Positions 18,535 to 28,675 of a DNA stretch of 64,000 nucleotides are shown here, in pieces. The first letter of the stretch is position 1. The number at the start of each line of letters is the position of its first letter. Source of the DNA: Geopsychrobacteraceae bacterium (lineage in GTDB: Bacteria; Desulfobacterota; Desulfuromonadia; Desulfuromonadales; Geopsychrobacteraceae); assembly GCA_963662315.1 (NCBI GenBank), contig OY759353.1, positions 4,544,001 to 4,608,000 on the forward strand. Direction: 5' to 3'. Below the pieces are notes generated by a model. That model was given only the letters and a program-made list of their open reading frames with translations, was not told the origin of the DNA and made no database searches. A program made the translations under genes and the position numbers.

Positions 18535-19887
18535 ATGAAAATCCTTATAGTTGGCTCCGGTCAGGTCGGTTATTTTTTATGTGATCGGCTCTCCCGTGAA
18601 GGGCATGAGGTCACTCTGGTAGACCAGGGCGAAGACGTTGTCCAACGTGCTCAAGATCGCTTGAACGTCATGGGTGTGGTGGGCAATGGGGCCAGTGCTG
18701 AAATCCTTGAAACGGCCGGCATTAAATCGGCCGATATTTTTATTGCCGTTACCAATACTGACGAAGTCAATATCCTGGCCTGTCTGCTGGCGCGGGAATA
18801 TCATGTCGGGATATTGATTGCCCGCACTAAAAACATTGAATATACCAGTAGCAAAGCGGTCCTTTCTAAAGAAAAATTAGGGATTGATCTGTTGATCAAC
18901 CCGGAAGATGCCGTTGCCGATGAATTGACAAAAATCGCCTGCAGTACCCACGCCTTTGATGTCGCTGAGTTTGCTGATGGGCAGATCCTGTTCCAGGGTT
19001 ACCGTATTGATGCTGATAGCCCATTGTGTAATCTGTCGCTGGCTGAACTTGGCGAGTTACGGGGGATGTACCGCTTTGTGGTGGTTGCCATCAGCCGCGG
19101 TGATACCACCATCATTCCGCGTGGAGACGATACGATCCAGGCTGGTGACCGGATCTATATTTTTGCACCGCAACAGGAATTGCCCGCTATCAACTATCTG
19201 CTGCAATCGGAAGGGCTTAAAAAGCGCACGACCCGTAAAGCCTTTGTGCTGGGCGGTAGCCGTATCGGTTTACAAGTTGCCCAGAACCTTGAAAAGCTCA
19301 ACATTCAGACCAAGCTGATCGAAAAAGACGAAGATCATTGCTACAAACTGGCCGAGCAGCTCAATAAAACTCTGGTTATCAATGCTGAAGGGCTTGATGT
19401 CGAGACATTGCTGGAAGAAGGGCTGGCCGAATCGGGTGTGTTTATCGCTGTAACGGAAAATGACCAGACCAATATTCTGACCTGTTTGCTAGCTAAAAGA
19501 CATAAGGTTAGAAAAACCCTGGCATTGGTTAGTCAACCTGAATTAATTGGACTGGCGACAGAACTGGGGATTGACTCCTGTATCTCTCCCCGGCTTGCTG
19601 CTGCTGGCGCTATCCTTAAATTCGTCCGGCAGGGAGAAGTCATTTCACTGACCGCTGTAGAGGGGAGCAACTCCGAGGTACTGGAACTTGAGATCAAAGA
19701 GGGGAGTGCGGTCAATGGCCGGAGCCTGCAGGACCTCAATTTTCCCCGTGGTGCCTTGATCGGAGCGATTGTGCGCAACGGTTCTTATGAAATTCCGACT
19801 GGAGGCAGTGTTCTAAAAACAGGAGACCATGTGGTTATCTTTACCTTGCCCGAAGCGCTGCAGAAGGTTGAAAGGTTTTTTGCCTGA
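18535..19887 (+). CDS. trkA: Trk potassium uptake protein TrkA
   Basis: Two RCK_N (GSGQVG, GGSRIG) and RCK_C repeats, 450 aa. Confidence 0.95.
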   Translation: MKILIVGSGQVGYFLCDRLSREGHEVTLVDQGEDVVQRAQDRLNVMGVVGNGASAEILETAGIKSADIFIAVTNTDEVNILACLLAREYHVGILIARTKNIEYTSSKAVLSKEKLGIDLLINPEDAVADELTKIACSTHAFDVAEFADGQILFQGYRIDADSPLCNLSLAELGELRGMYRFVVVAISRGDTTIIPRGDDTIQAGDRIYIFAPQQELPAINYLLQSEGLKKRTTRKAFVLGGSRIGLQVAQNLEKLNIQTKLIEKDEDHCYKLAEQLNKTLVINAEGLDVETLLEEGLAESGVFIAVTENDQTNILTCLLAKRHKVRKTLALVSQPELIGLATELGIDSCISPRLAAAGAILKFVRQGEVISLTAVEGSNSEVLELEIKEGSAVNGRSLQDLNFPRGALIGAIVRNGSYEIPTGGSVLKTGDHVVIFTLPEALQKVERFFA

Positions 19888-21333
19888 ATGAATTTATTGC
19901 TGACCTTAAGAATTCTTGGCTCCCTGCTGTTGTGCCTAGGAGGGACCCTTATTGTACCGATCCCTATTTCTCTTTACTACAATGACGGTGTCTGGTCGGC
20001 ATTTTTTATGTCGGTACTGATCTGCTGCTTGGTCGGTGGTATCATTATGGCGGCTTGTCGCAGTAAAAAAGAGCTTTCAGTACGAGAAGGTTTTGCCGTC
20101 GTGACCTTCGGTTGGGTCGTTTTTGCGGTTTTCGGAGCCTTGCCGTTTCTTTTATCCGGAGCGATTGTTTCCCCAATCGATGCCGTATTTGAGACCATGA
20201 GTGGCTTTACGACAACCGGTTCGACGATTTTGACTGAAATAGAGTCTTTACCTCAGAGCCTGTTGTTCTGGCGTGCTTTAACCCACTGGTTGGGCGGCAT
20301 GGGGATCATCGTGCTGTCCCTGGCCATCTTGCCGATGCTGGGGGTCGGTGGCATGCAGTTGTTTAAAGCTGAAGTGCCGGGGCCGACTGCCGATCGTCTG
20401 AAACCCCGGATTCAGGATACGGCAAAAATGTTGTGGGGAGTATATTTCCTGCTGACCTGTGTCGAAACCGTACTGTTGATGTTTGGCGGAATGTCTTTTT
20501 TTGATGCGATCTGTCATGCTTTTGCGACTCTGGCGACTGGGGGGTTCTCAACCAGAAATGCATCGGTTGGGGCTTATGACAGCAGTTATATTGACGGGGT
20601 TATCACCCTGTTTATGATCCTGGCCGGGGTTAACTTTACGCTGCACTTTCACGCGCTACGCGGGCGCGCACGCGACTTTTTCAGCAGTGAAGAACTCCGG
20701 GTTTACCTTGGTATTATTGTTGTGACTACGGCGATTATCATGGGCTTTAACTGGTGGGATAATATCTATGCCGGGGTGGCTGAAAATCTGCGCTTTACTC
20801 TGTTTCAGGTCGCGTCCATTATAACGACCACTGGCTTTGGAACTGCCGATTTCGAATTATGGCCGGTTGTCACCCAATATCTGCTGGTGTTGCTGATGTT
20901 TATCGGCGGTTGCGCAGGATCGACCGGCGGAGGTATTAAGGTTGCCAGGATTCTGCTGTTGTTTAAACATGCCCAGGTGCAGTTGTTTCGTCTGATTCAT
21001 CCGCGCGCTATCCGCCTGGTCAAACTTGGCAACCTTCCGGTGGATAAAGAAGTCATGCAGTCAATTCTGGGTTTCTTCGCTCTGTTTATCGCGGTGTTTG
21101 TGGTTGGTTCGCTGTTGGTTGCCGCAACCGGCATGGATGTCGTCTCGTCTGCCGCAGCAGTTATTGCCTGCCTGGCCAATATAGGTCCCGGGCTTGGCAG
21201 TGTCGGCCCTGTTGACAATTTTGCCCATGTCCCTGATTTTGGCAAAGGAGTTCTGATCGTCTGTATGCTGATGGGGCGGCTTGAGCTGTTTACGGTTCTG
21301 GTTTTATTTTTCCCATCGTTCTGGCGCAAATGA
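19888..21333 (+). CDS. trkH: Trk potassium uptake protein TrkH
   Basis: SGFTTTG, LATGGFS, TTTGF, GGCAGSTGGG, NIGPG, GRLE pore motifs. Confidence 0.95.
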   Translation: MNLLLTLRILGSLLLCLGGTLIVPIPISLYYNDGVWSAFFMSVLICCLVGGIIMAACRSKKELSVREGFAVVTFGWVVFAVFGALPFLLSGAIVSPIDAVFETMSGFTTTGSTILTEIESLPQSLLFWRALTHWLGGMGIIVLSLAILPMLGVGGMQLFKAEVPGPTADRLKPRIQDTAKMLWGVYFLLTCVETVLLMFGGMSFFDAICHAFATLATGGFSTRNASVGAYDSSYIDGVITLFMILAGVNFTLHFHALRGRARDFFSSEELRVYLGIIVVTTAIIMGFNWWDNIYAGVAENLRFTLFQVASIITTTGFGTADFELWPVVTQYLLVLLMFIGGCAGSTGGGIKVARILLLFKHAQVQLFRLIHPRAIRLVKLGNLPVDKEVMQSILGFFALFIAVFVVGSLLVAATGMDVVSSAAAVIACLANIGPGLGSVGPVDNFAHVPDFGKGVLIVCMLMGRLELFTVLVLFFPSFWRK

Positions 21334-21544
21334 AGTATGCTACCGAAAACGATCTTTTGGGGTGGCGCAGCCCGTTCCGCTCAACAATAATCTAGACAAC
21401 CCGCGTTTTTCAGTGCCGTTTCAGGAAGGGCTTTTGCGCCTCTGAAGACTGGAAATTTTAAGCGAGGACTTTCCTGCCGGACCGAATAGAAAACCATAAG
21501 AATGAGAGTAAAAAGAGCTTTTGCTGATGCTGGGGTTAAACGGA

Positions 21545-21625
21545 CGAAAGCCCCCATCGTTTAAAACGATGGGGGCTTCCCCCCTCCGGTACTTACTTTT
21601 GAACTGTTGTGTTGTTCAATATGGA
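21545..21625 (-). ncRNA. Candidate ~80-nt small RNA
   Basis: On the minus strand, TATAAT (21630-21635) is preceded by TCAGAT direct repeats and followed about 80 nt later by the terminator; no ORF. Confidence 0.3.
21548..21578. terminator. Strong hairpin, intrinsic terminator between convergent trkH and pgeF
   Basis: AAGCCCCCATCGTTT-a-AAACGATGGGGGCTT. Confidence 0.8.
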
Positions 21626-21690
21626 GGTGATTATAATCATAGGATCTGACAAAAATCTGAATGGATAAGATTTTTTGGAAAATAATCAAA

Positions 21691-22482
21691 TTAGGGTAAC
21701 ATTATAAATCCCAGTTGACGACCTGTCGTGCCCTTGTCGCGACGATGGGAGAACAAAATCTCCGGATGACAGCAGGTACATTCTGTTGCTACATCAATGT
21801 TTTGGGGAGATAATCCCAGTTGTTCGAGTTGCAGACGGCTGCTGAGCGACAGATCAATCTGCCAGTGTCCAAGACTGGTTTCCTTGGCAATTTCATTCCA
21901 GAACCCTGTTCCTTTACGGAAGCTGTCTCGTATCGGTCGATCCACTTCATAACTATGGGCACCGATTCCGGGACCTATTGCTGCTTTGAGCTCTGAAGTG
22001 GAACAGTTAAATTGTTTGATAATGGTTTCAACTGTTTTGCCGATAATGCCGTTTGCGGCACCGCGCCAGCCAACGTGAACCGCGGCAATAACTTTTTGTT
22101 GTTCACTCCAGATCAGGATTGGCAGGCAGTCTGCGGTGAGGACACCAATCATGATTCCTGGCTGGTTGGTCACAATGGCATCGACTTCAATATTCAGGAA
22201 ATGTGACAAATCCAGGTTTGGTTCGTCAATCAGCAACAGGTCTTTCCCGTGAACCTGCCTAACGGTGAGAAGCTGATGCGGGTCAAGGTCAAAGCTGCGG
22301 GCGAATGTTGAGCGGTTACCTTCAACGTGTTGCAGCATGTCATCGGTACCGAAACTTAAATTCAGTGAATTGTATGGGGCGCGGCTGACACCGCCATTGC
22401 GGGTACTGAAGCCGGCGATAATCGTATCGCTAGCAAGCTGAGGCTGCAGGAAAGATATCTTTCCCTTGCGGACAAGTTTCAT
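21691..22482 (-). CDS. pgeF: Peptidoglycan editing factor PgeF (YfiH family)
   Basis: FSTRNGGVS..SLNL, QVHG, TADCLP, HVGWRG, AIGPGIG, FSHRR. Confidence 0.93.
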   Translation of the reverse strand: MKLVRKGKISFLQPQLASDTIIAGFSTRNGGVSRAPYNSLNLSFGTDDMLQHVEGNRSTFARSFDLDPHQLLTVRQVHGKDLLLIDEPNLDLSHFLNIEVDAIVTNQPGIMIGVLTADCLPILIWSEQQKVIAAVHVGWRGAANGIIGKTVETIIKQFNCSTSELKAAIGPGIGAHSYEVDRPIRDSFRKGTGFWNEIAKETSLGHWQIDLSLSSRLQLEQLGLSPQNIDVATECTCCHPEILFSHRRDKGTTGRQLGFIMLP

Positions 22483-22595
22483 AATGTCTCCATTTGATGC
22501 AAAAGATATAAGCAGACAAGTCTATGCTGCTGGGTGTTTGGGGTCAACTTCAATCAGCGGTCTGCAACATGTCTGCTCTATTATCAGTCAGATTT

Positions 22596-23555
22596 TTACT
22601 GTTTCAGGGTTAAATAGTCTATGATTTTATTCAGAGTTTCAGGAATTTCGCTAGAAAATTCGAGGTATCTCCCGTTTTTAGGATGAATAAATCCCAGGGT
22701 CCGGGCATGGAGTGCTTGACCTGGCAGGGCTTTGATCAGTTTATTCAGCTGCAGATCCTGAGTTGTTTTACCCAGTGAACGGCCGTACAGGGGATCGCCT
22801 ATCAGTGGGTAGCCCATCTCTGAAAAGTGGACCCGAATCTGATGGGTTCTTCCGGTTTCAAGCTTGAATTCAATAAGGGTCATTTGGGCGGCTGGAAACT
22901 GTTGTAATACCTTCCAATGGGTGACGGCGTGCTTTCCCTGCCGGGCTATACTACTCATTTTCTTACGCTGTACGGGGTGACGACCGATCGGCAGGTTGAT
23001 AGTTCCTTTGGTCTCTTTGGGACAGCCCTGAACAAGGGCAATATAGACCCGGTTAATGGTATGCTCTTTAAACTGCTCAGCCAGGTGAATATGACTTTGA
23101 TCATTCTTGGTTGCTACCATGACTCCCGATGTGTCTTTGTCAATTCGATGCACAATTCCGGGGCGCAAGGTTCCACCAATTCCGGCCAGGTCCTGGCAAT
23201 GGTGCAACAGGGCGTTGACCAGGGTTCCACGGGTATGACCCGCTGCCGGGTGTACGACCATTCCTGCCGGCTTATCAATAACTATCAGGTCACTGTCTTC
23301 GTAAAGGACCTGTAACGGTATTTTTTCAGGGGTCGCTTCGATTGGCTCGGGGGCAGGAAGATCGACACAGATTGTTTCTCCCCCCTTGAGTTTATGGCTG
23401 GCTTTTACGGCAGCACCATTGATCGTTATCGCTTGGCTGTCGATCAATTTTTTAATCTGCGAACGACTGATATCGGGCAGGCTGTCAGCAATAAAGCTAT
23501 CGAGTCTGCATACCGGATTGTCCTCGGCAAAAAACAGCTGCCTGCTTGAATTCAT
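22596..23555 (-). CDS. rluD: RluA-family pseudouridine synthase with S4 domain (RluD)
   Basis: S4 RLDSF..SRSQI, GIVHRIDKDTSG, ETGRTHQIRVH, QALHA. Confidence 0.92.
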   Translation of the reverse strand: MNSSRQLFFAEDNPVCRLDSFIADSLPDISRSQIKKLIDSQAITINGAAVKASHKLKGGETICVDLPAPEPIEATPEKIPLQVLYEDSDLIVIDKPAGMVVHPAAGHTRGTLVNALLHHCQDLAGIGGTLRPGIVHRIDKDTSGVMVATKNDQSHIHLAEQFKEHTINRVYIALVQGCPKETKGTINLPIGRHPVQRKKMSSIARQGKHAVTHWKVLQQFPAAQMTLIEFKLETGRTHQIRVHFSEMGYPLIGDPLYGRSLGKTTQDLQLNKLIKALPGQALHARTLGFIHPKNGRYLEFSSEIPETLNKIIDYLTLKQ

Positions 23556-23825
23556 CTACCAGATCTGACTTTCAATTTTTCCCGCTTGTTTGATCATGAC
23601 ATCAACAATAGCGCGTTCATAAAGGTGATCACGATTTTCCATTTCAGGTGAAACTCTTGAGAAAAAATGTTCGCGTCCTTCTGCAAGTTCTTCGTTCATG
23701 AGTTCGAAGATATTATCACTTTTAATCCCTTGTGTCACCTTGTCACGGTTGTAAAGGGCGATATCAGAGACAATAGCGCGCGCCAGGCGAAACGCGAGAT
23801 CAGGGTTTTCCACCAGCCTTGCCAT
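23556..23825 (-). CDS. Small conserved-looking hypothetical protein
   Basis: RLARAIVSDIALYN helical protein; RBS GGAGG; abuts rluD. Confidence 0.8.
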   Translation of the reverse strand: MARLVENPDLAFRLARAIVSDIALYNRDKVTQGIKSDNIFELMNEELAEGREHFFSRVSPEMENRDHLYERAIVDVMIKQAGKIESQIW

Positions 23826-24122
23826 AATACGTCCTCCCTGCTGTTTGGATTGTTGGTTTTATTTTATTAATTACTTTTCAATATATCAAGTTAAATCCTT
23901 GGCACGCCATCGACTTTATCAAGAAAGCCTTGCTGATTAGCGAATGATTATGATAAAACTCTCATTGCTCCTGAGGTACAACTTCTTTCCAGCAGTCCTG
24001 TATTTATGTCAGAATGGATTGCAATGTCGCTATTACAGTGGGTTCAGACACCCTGGTTTTCTTGAAATTGGTGTCTGTATAGTGCTTTTTAACGCTCTTC
24101 TAACACTCTTCACTCGGTTGAT

Positions 24123-24491
24123 ATGATGAAAAAACGCATTTTATTTGTTGATGATGAAGAAAGCCTGGCTCTTTTGGGAGCGGATCTGCTGGAAGATTTT
24201 GGTTATGAAGTGATCACGGCTTTCAGCGGCGGTCAGGCCTATGACATATTTGTCGAAGAACCGGATCTCTTTGATCTGATTATTACTGATGAATCGATGC
24301 CAGAAATGACCGGCATCGAGCTGGCTCAGAAGGTTTACAGTTTGTCACCGACAACTCCGGTGGTGCTCTGCTCCGGTCATCTCCTGACAATGCAGGAGCG
24401 GGGAATGGAGCAGACCAATATTACTCAGGTCCTTGGTAAGACCGAAATCTGTACCAAATTGCCCGATATTCTTGACGCTCTGCTGGCCTGA
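24123..24491 (+). CDS. Single-domain response regulator
   Basis: ILFVDDE, DLIITDESMPEMTG, LCSG, LGK. Confidence 0.9.
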   Translation: MMKKRILFVDDEESLALLGADLLEDFGYEVITAFSGGQAYDIFVEEPDLFDLIITDESMPEMTGIELAQKVYSLSPTTPVVLCSGHLLTMQERGMEQTNITQVLGKTEICTKLPDILDALLA

Positions 24492-24568
24492 TGGCCACCG
24501 CAGTGGCCATTCTTTCTCAGCGAGGGACAGGGCAGGAACGCTGCTAAGGGACCGCTTCCGGCCGAAGG

Positions 24569-24880
24569 CTAAAGAAAAGTAACAATAAGCAGGATCAGCA
24601 CGGCTGCCATGATGGCAATTGAGACCAATGACAGCTTCTTCTGCCCGTCCCGCTCAAGTGCTTCGAGTGTCCCTACTACGGGAAAACGTTCAACGATAGA
24701 GCGAACATGTGGAGCTTTTGCGAGCTCGTTGGTCAGGTCGGCACCTGCTCGATGGGCATCCAGATGATTTCCCTCTGCCCAGTACGAACTGCTTGTTACA
24801 TCGTAAATGACATTATTGACTGCCACGTAGGCAGGGCGTCCCTCGCGACCATCACATTTCCGCAATTCTGCCAACGTCAT
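24569..24880 (-). CDS. Cytochrome b5-like heme/steroid-binding protein with C-terminal membrane anchor
   Basis: DGREGRPAYVAV..IYDVT..W..G.H...H.AG.DLT..L..APH. Confidence 0.88.
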   Translation of the reverse strand: MTLAELRKCDGREGRPAYVAVNNVIYDVTSSSYWAEGNHLDAHRAGADLTNELAKAPHVRSIVERFPVVGTLEALERDGQKKLSLVSIAIMAAVLILLIVTFL

Positions 24881-24890
24881 AATAGCCCTT

Positions 24891-26804
24891 TCAGAGATTA
24901 AAATAGGTCTGATTGTGAAGTTGTGCTGAAAACAGGTTTAACAGTTCTTGCCGTTCTCTGACGGCAATCTTTTTGTTCCTGACGGCAGCTTCGATCTTGT
25001 GACGAAAGTTTTCATAAAAGAAGGCCGGATTGTACTCAAGCATATCCAATACTTCGTTGATCGTATCGCCAGATTGCTCTTTCATGACATCGTAACCGCC
25101 ATCATCATTAATCCTGATACTGATGACGTTGGTATCTCCAAACAGGTTATGCAGGTCGCCAAGGGTTTCCTGGTATGCACCCATTAAAAAAACACCTAGA
25201 ACGTAATCTTCTCCGTCCTGTAAGGAATGTAAAGGCATGACCTGACTTTCCCCTTGGCCCAGAATGAAATGGTCAAGTTTGCCATCACAATCGCAGGTTA
25301 AGTCCGAGATGGTTCCCAAGCGGTCAGGGCGCTCGTTTAGGCGTTGAATCGGGACAATGGGGAAAACTTGGCTGATCGCCCATGAATCGGGTAACGATTG
25401 GAATATACTGAAGTTTCCGTAGTAAATATCGGCCAGAAGATACTCTATTCCGTCAAGGCTGACGGGTGGCTGCTCCACAAGCTGTTTACGTTTGTTCATG
25501 ATTCCGGCAGAGGCCAGAAACAGGTTTTCAGCGATGGCACGGTGACGCAGGGGAATCTCCCCGTTTCTGAACAGGTCGCGAATCTGGTCGCGGGTCTGCA
25601 GCGCTTCAAGGTACCCTGCTGCCAGATCAATTTTGTCAGCCAGTTGATAGAGGTGATACTGGCGGCTGATAAGCGGGTGAACGTCTTCTGGCTCCTGTTC
25701 GGGCAGCTGGAGAGGTTCAAAGCGCATAACATCGAGAATATTAAACAGCAGCATCGTGGTATGAGCGACTGTTGCCCGACCCGATTCGGTGATAATGGTC
25801 GGGTGGGGAATATTGCTTGCGTCAACAGTGTTCTTGATCGTCTCAACGATGCAACTGCAGTAACCGGCGAGATCATAATTACGCGAGTGACAGTGTTTTG
25901 ACTGGTTACCAATGTAGTCGACAGCCAGTCCACCTCCCAGGTCGATATACTGCAACGGAACCCCTTCCGCAGCAAGATCGGCATAAAAGCGACTCGCTTC
26001 TCTGACTCCGTTGCGGATTTCTTCAATATCTGGTATCTGAGAACCCAGGTGGCAGTGCAGCAACTGCAAGCAGTCCAGCATGCCTTCCTGGCGTAGCGTA
26101 TCTACGGTTGCCATCAGTTGTGCGGTACTGAGGCCGAAACTGCTGCGATCACCGCTGGTTTCTGTCCATAAGCCGCCGACCTTGGCCGATACCTTGATCC
26201 GCACACCGATGTAAGGTTGAATATCAAGGGCGCGGCTGCGTTCAATGATTAGGGGTAGTTCATTCGGCGATTCAATGACAAAAAAGCAGCGATGCCCGAG
26301 TTTGTTGGCCCACAGTCCTAGATCAATAAAGTCTTTATCCTTGTAACCATTACAAATCAGCAGGCCACTGTCGTTCAGATGAGCGAGGCAGAGCATCAGC
26401 TCCGGCTTGCTGCCGGCTTCAAGGCCGTGTTCGTAGCGGGCACCAAAGCGAACAATCTCTTCAATAACAGCGCATTGCTGGTTGACCTTGACCGGAAATA
26501 CGCCGTTGTAACGTCCCTGATAGCCGGCCTGCTCAATTGCGGCGCGAAAGGTTTCATTGAGGACGGAGATACGGGTATCAAGGAAATTTTCGATTCTGAT
26601 CAATAGTGGTAATTGGTGACCACGATCACGTGCCCCCTGCAGAATGTCACGTAGTGCAATGGCGACGTCACCATTGTCGAATTGATCGTGGACGAGCAGA
26701 TCACCGTTTGGAGCTACGGAAAAATGTGGCTGTCCCCAATGGTTAATGCCATAAAGTTCTGCAGAGTCGCTGCTTGACCAGGATGTTGCGGTTTTTTGTT
26801 TCAT
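24891..26804 (-). CDS. speA: Biosynthetic arginine decarboxylase
   Basis: FPVKVNQ (PLP Lys), GLEAGSKPEL, HLGSQI, DLGGGL, DLTCDCDG, GAYQETLGDLHNLFG. Confidence 0.95.
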   Translation of the reverse strand: MKQKTATSWSSSDSAELYGINHWGQPHFSVAPNGDLLVHDQFDNGDVAIALRDILQGARDRGHQLPLLIRIENFLDTRISVLNETFRAAIEQAGYQGRYNGVFPVKVNQQCAVIEEIVRFGARYEHGLEAGSKPELMLCLAHLNDSGLLICNGYKDKDFIDLGLWANKLGHRCFFVIESPNELPLIIERSRALDIQPYIGVRIKVSAKVGGLWTETSGDRSSFGLSTAQLMATVDTLRQEGMLDCLQLLHCHLGSQIPDIEEIRNGVREASRFYADLAAEGVPLQYIDLGGGLAVDYIGNQSKHCHSRNYDLAGYCSCIVETIKNTVDASNIPHPTIITESGRATVAHTTMLLFNILDVMRFEPLQLPEQEPEDVHPLISRQYHLYQLADKIDLAAGYLEALQTRDQIRDLFRNGEIPLRHRAIAENLFLASAGIMNKRKQLVEQPPVSLDGIEYLLADIYYGNFSIFQSLPDSWAISQVFPIVPIQRLNERPDRLGTISDLTCDCDGKLDHFILGQGESQVMPLHSLQDGEDYVLGVFLMGAYQETLGDLHNLFGDTNVISIRINDDGGYDVMKEQSGDTINEVLDMLEYNPAFFYENFRHKIEAAVRNKKIAVRERQELLNLFSAQLHNQTYFNL

Positions 26805-27646
26805 TACTCAATATTTTCCCGGGCAAAAGTTGGTAGCATGAAGGCGCCAAGATGGAGGTCTTCGTTATAGTATCTGGTATAGAAGCCTCTCGTTGCAGCA
26901 CGTTCGCGATCAAAATCCTTAACCGGGTGATATTTTTTACTGGCGAAGGCAAAACTCCACAAACCACTCGGGTAGGTCGGAATAAAGGCCTGATACATAT
27001 CAACCAGGGGGAATACGGCACGCAGGTTTTTGTAAATATTCTTCTGGATTTCCGCGTGATAAAAGGGCGATTCACTTTGCGCAACCATGATGCCATCCTC
27101 TTTCAGCGCTGAGAACACCAGGCGGTAGAAATCTTCCTCGAACAAACCGACCGCCGGTCCGATGGGGTCGGTAGAATCCACAAGGATGACATCAAATTCA
27201 TTCTGATGAGCACGGATATAGGCAAGGCCATCATCTACATGTAATTTAACCCGTGGATTGGAACCGTCTATAGCGCAGGCCATCGAGGGGAGGAATTCGA
27301 TGGATTTGTTGATGACCAGCCCATCAATTTCGCACAGGACGGCAAGTTCGACACCTGGGTGTTTGACGATCTCACGAATGCTGCCACCGTCGCCACCGCC
27401 GATAACCAGGACTTTCTTGGGATTCGGGTGGGTGAAAAGGGCCGGGTGGACAATCATGTCGTGATAGACAAATTCATCCCGCTCAGTGACCATCACCAGG
27501 CCATCGAGCAGCATCATACGTCCGTATTCCAGGGTTTCAAGGATTTCAAGTTTCTGAAACTCACTTTCTCCGGAAAACAGGGTCTTGCTGATTTTCATTG
27601 CAAGGCCGACATTTTCGCTATGCTTTTCGGTATACCAAAGATCCAT
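26804..27646 (-). CDS. speE: Polyamine aminopropyltransferase (spermidine synthase)
   Basis: VLVIGGGDGG, DEFVYHDM, ILVDSTDPIGP, PTYPSGLW. Confidence 0.95.
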   Translation of the reverse strand: MDLWYTEKHSENVGLAMKISKTLFSGESEFQKLEILETLEYGRMMLLDGLVMVTERDEFVYHDMIVHPALFTHPNPKKVLVIGGGDGGSIREIVKHPGVELAVLCEIDGLVINKSIEFLPSMACAIDGSNPRVKLHVDDGLAYIRAHQNEFDVILVDSTDPIGPAVGLFEEDFYRLVFSALKEDGIMVAQSESPFYHAEIQKNIYKNLRAVFPLVDMYQAFIPTYPSGLWSFAFASKKYHPVKDFDRERAATRGFYTRYYNEDLHLGAFMLPTFARENIE

Positions 27647-27862
27647 ATGTTAAATCCCAATAAAAAGAGTATATTCTTTTCGGTCTGCGTAATCGGAAGT
27701 CATTGATGGATAAGGATTGCGCATGTTTCTAGTACCCGTGAGAGTCAGCGCTGTCAAGGCAATTTATGCCCACCTGCTTTTCTGCGGATGAATTTTTAAC
27801 TGCGCTGTGATAAACAGATTGAATTGTACCCAAAACAGTAGCTCATGGAAAGGACAACGGGA

Positions 27863-28675
27863 ATGACAAATATCCAGAAAATTGGTTTTATCGGTGGCGG
27901 GAATATGGCGGAAGCTTTGATCAAAGGCTTGCTGAGTGGCACTTGCCCTGCATCACGCATTATGGCTTCTGAGCCGAGTGACGAGCGCCGGGACCATCTG
28001 GTCGATACCTTTGGCATCGAAGTTACAGACAACAATCTTGACGTTATGGATAAGTGTGATCTGATTGTATTGGCGATCAAACCACAGATTGCGGTGGAAG
28101 TTCTGCAGGAGGTGGCTGGCGCTTATCGCGAAGAAAAACTGATTGTATCAATTCTGGCCGGGGTGACCTGCCTGGGTATTGAAAAGTTCTTCCAGGGGGC
28201 TTCACGTGTGGTTCGGGTTATGCCGAATACTCCGGCTCTGGTTGGTGAAGGGGCCAGTGCCATCTGCCGTGGTCACCATGCCAGCAAAGAAGATCTGGTG
28301 GTGGTCAAAGAACTGCTGCAAACGGTGGGAACGGTCCAGGTTATTGACGAGCGGCAAATGGATGCGGCAACCGGATTGTCTGGATCGGGCCCGGCATATA
28401 TTTACACAGTTATTGAAGCTCTTGCTGACGGTGGTGTGCGCGAAGGTTTACGGCGTGACATCGCACATGCCCTGGCAGTGCAAACCGTGGTCGGTGCGGC
28501 GCTGATGGTGCGTGAGACCGGAGAGCATCCGGCTATCCTCAGAGATCGCGTCTGTTCTCCTGGTGGTACGGCGATTACCGGGGTAAGCACGCTGGAAAAA
28601 AATGGGCTGCGCACGACCCTGATGGAAGCGGTATCTGCCGCAGCTGCACGTTCCCGGGAACTGGGTAACAATTAA
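27863..28675 (+). CDS. proC: Pyrroline-5-carboxylate reductase
   Basis: GFIGGGNM, RVMPNTP, TGLSGSGPAY, VCSPGG; alternative start at 27845. Confidence 0.95.
   Translation: MTNIQKIGFIGGGNMAEALIKGLLSGTCPASRIMASEPSDERRDHLVDTFGIEVTDNNLDVMDKCDLIVLAIKPQIAVEVLQEVAGAYREEKLIVSILAGVTCLGIEKFFQGASRVVRVMPNTPALVGEGASAICRGHHASKEDLVVVKELLQTVGTVQVIDERQMDAATGLSGSGPAYIYTVIEALADGGVREGLRRDIAHALAVQTVVGAALMVRETGEHPAILRDRVCSPGGTAITGVSTLEKNGLRTTLMEAVSAAAARSRELGNN

Noticed and set aside
19885..19890. trkA TGA immediately followed in frame by the trkH ATG, as possible Sec read-through
   Set aside because: Both proteins are complete and normal length, and no SECIS-like hairpin is evident; this is ordinary translational coupling
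23553..23558. In-frame TAG-ATG junction between the 89-aa gene and rluD, as possible pyrrolysine read-through
   Set aside because: RluD is complete from its own ATG and nothing in the window indicates pyl machinery
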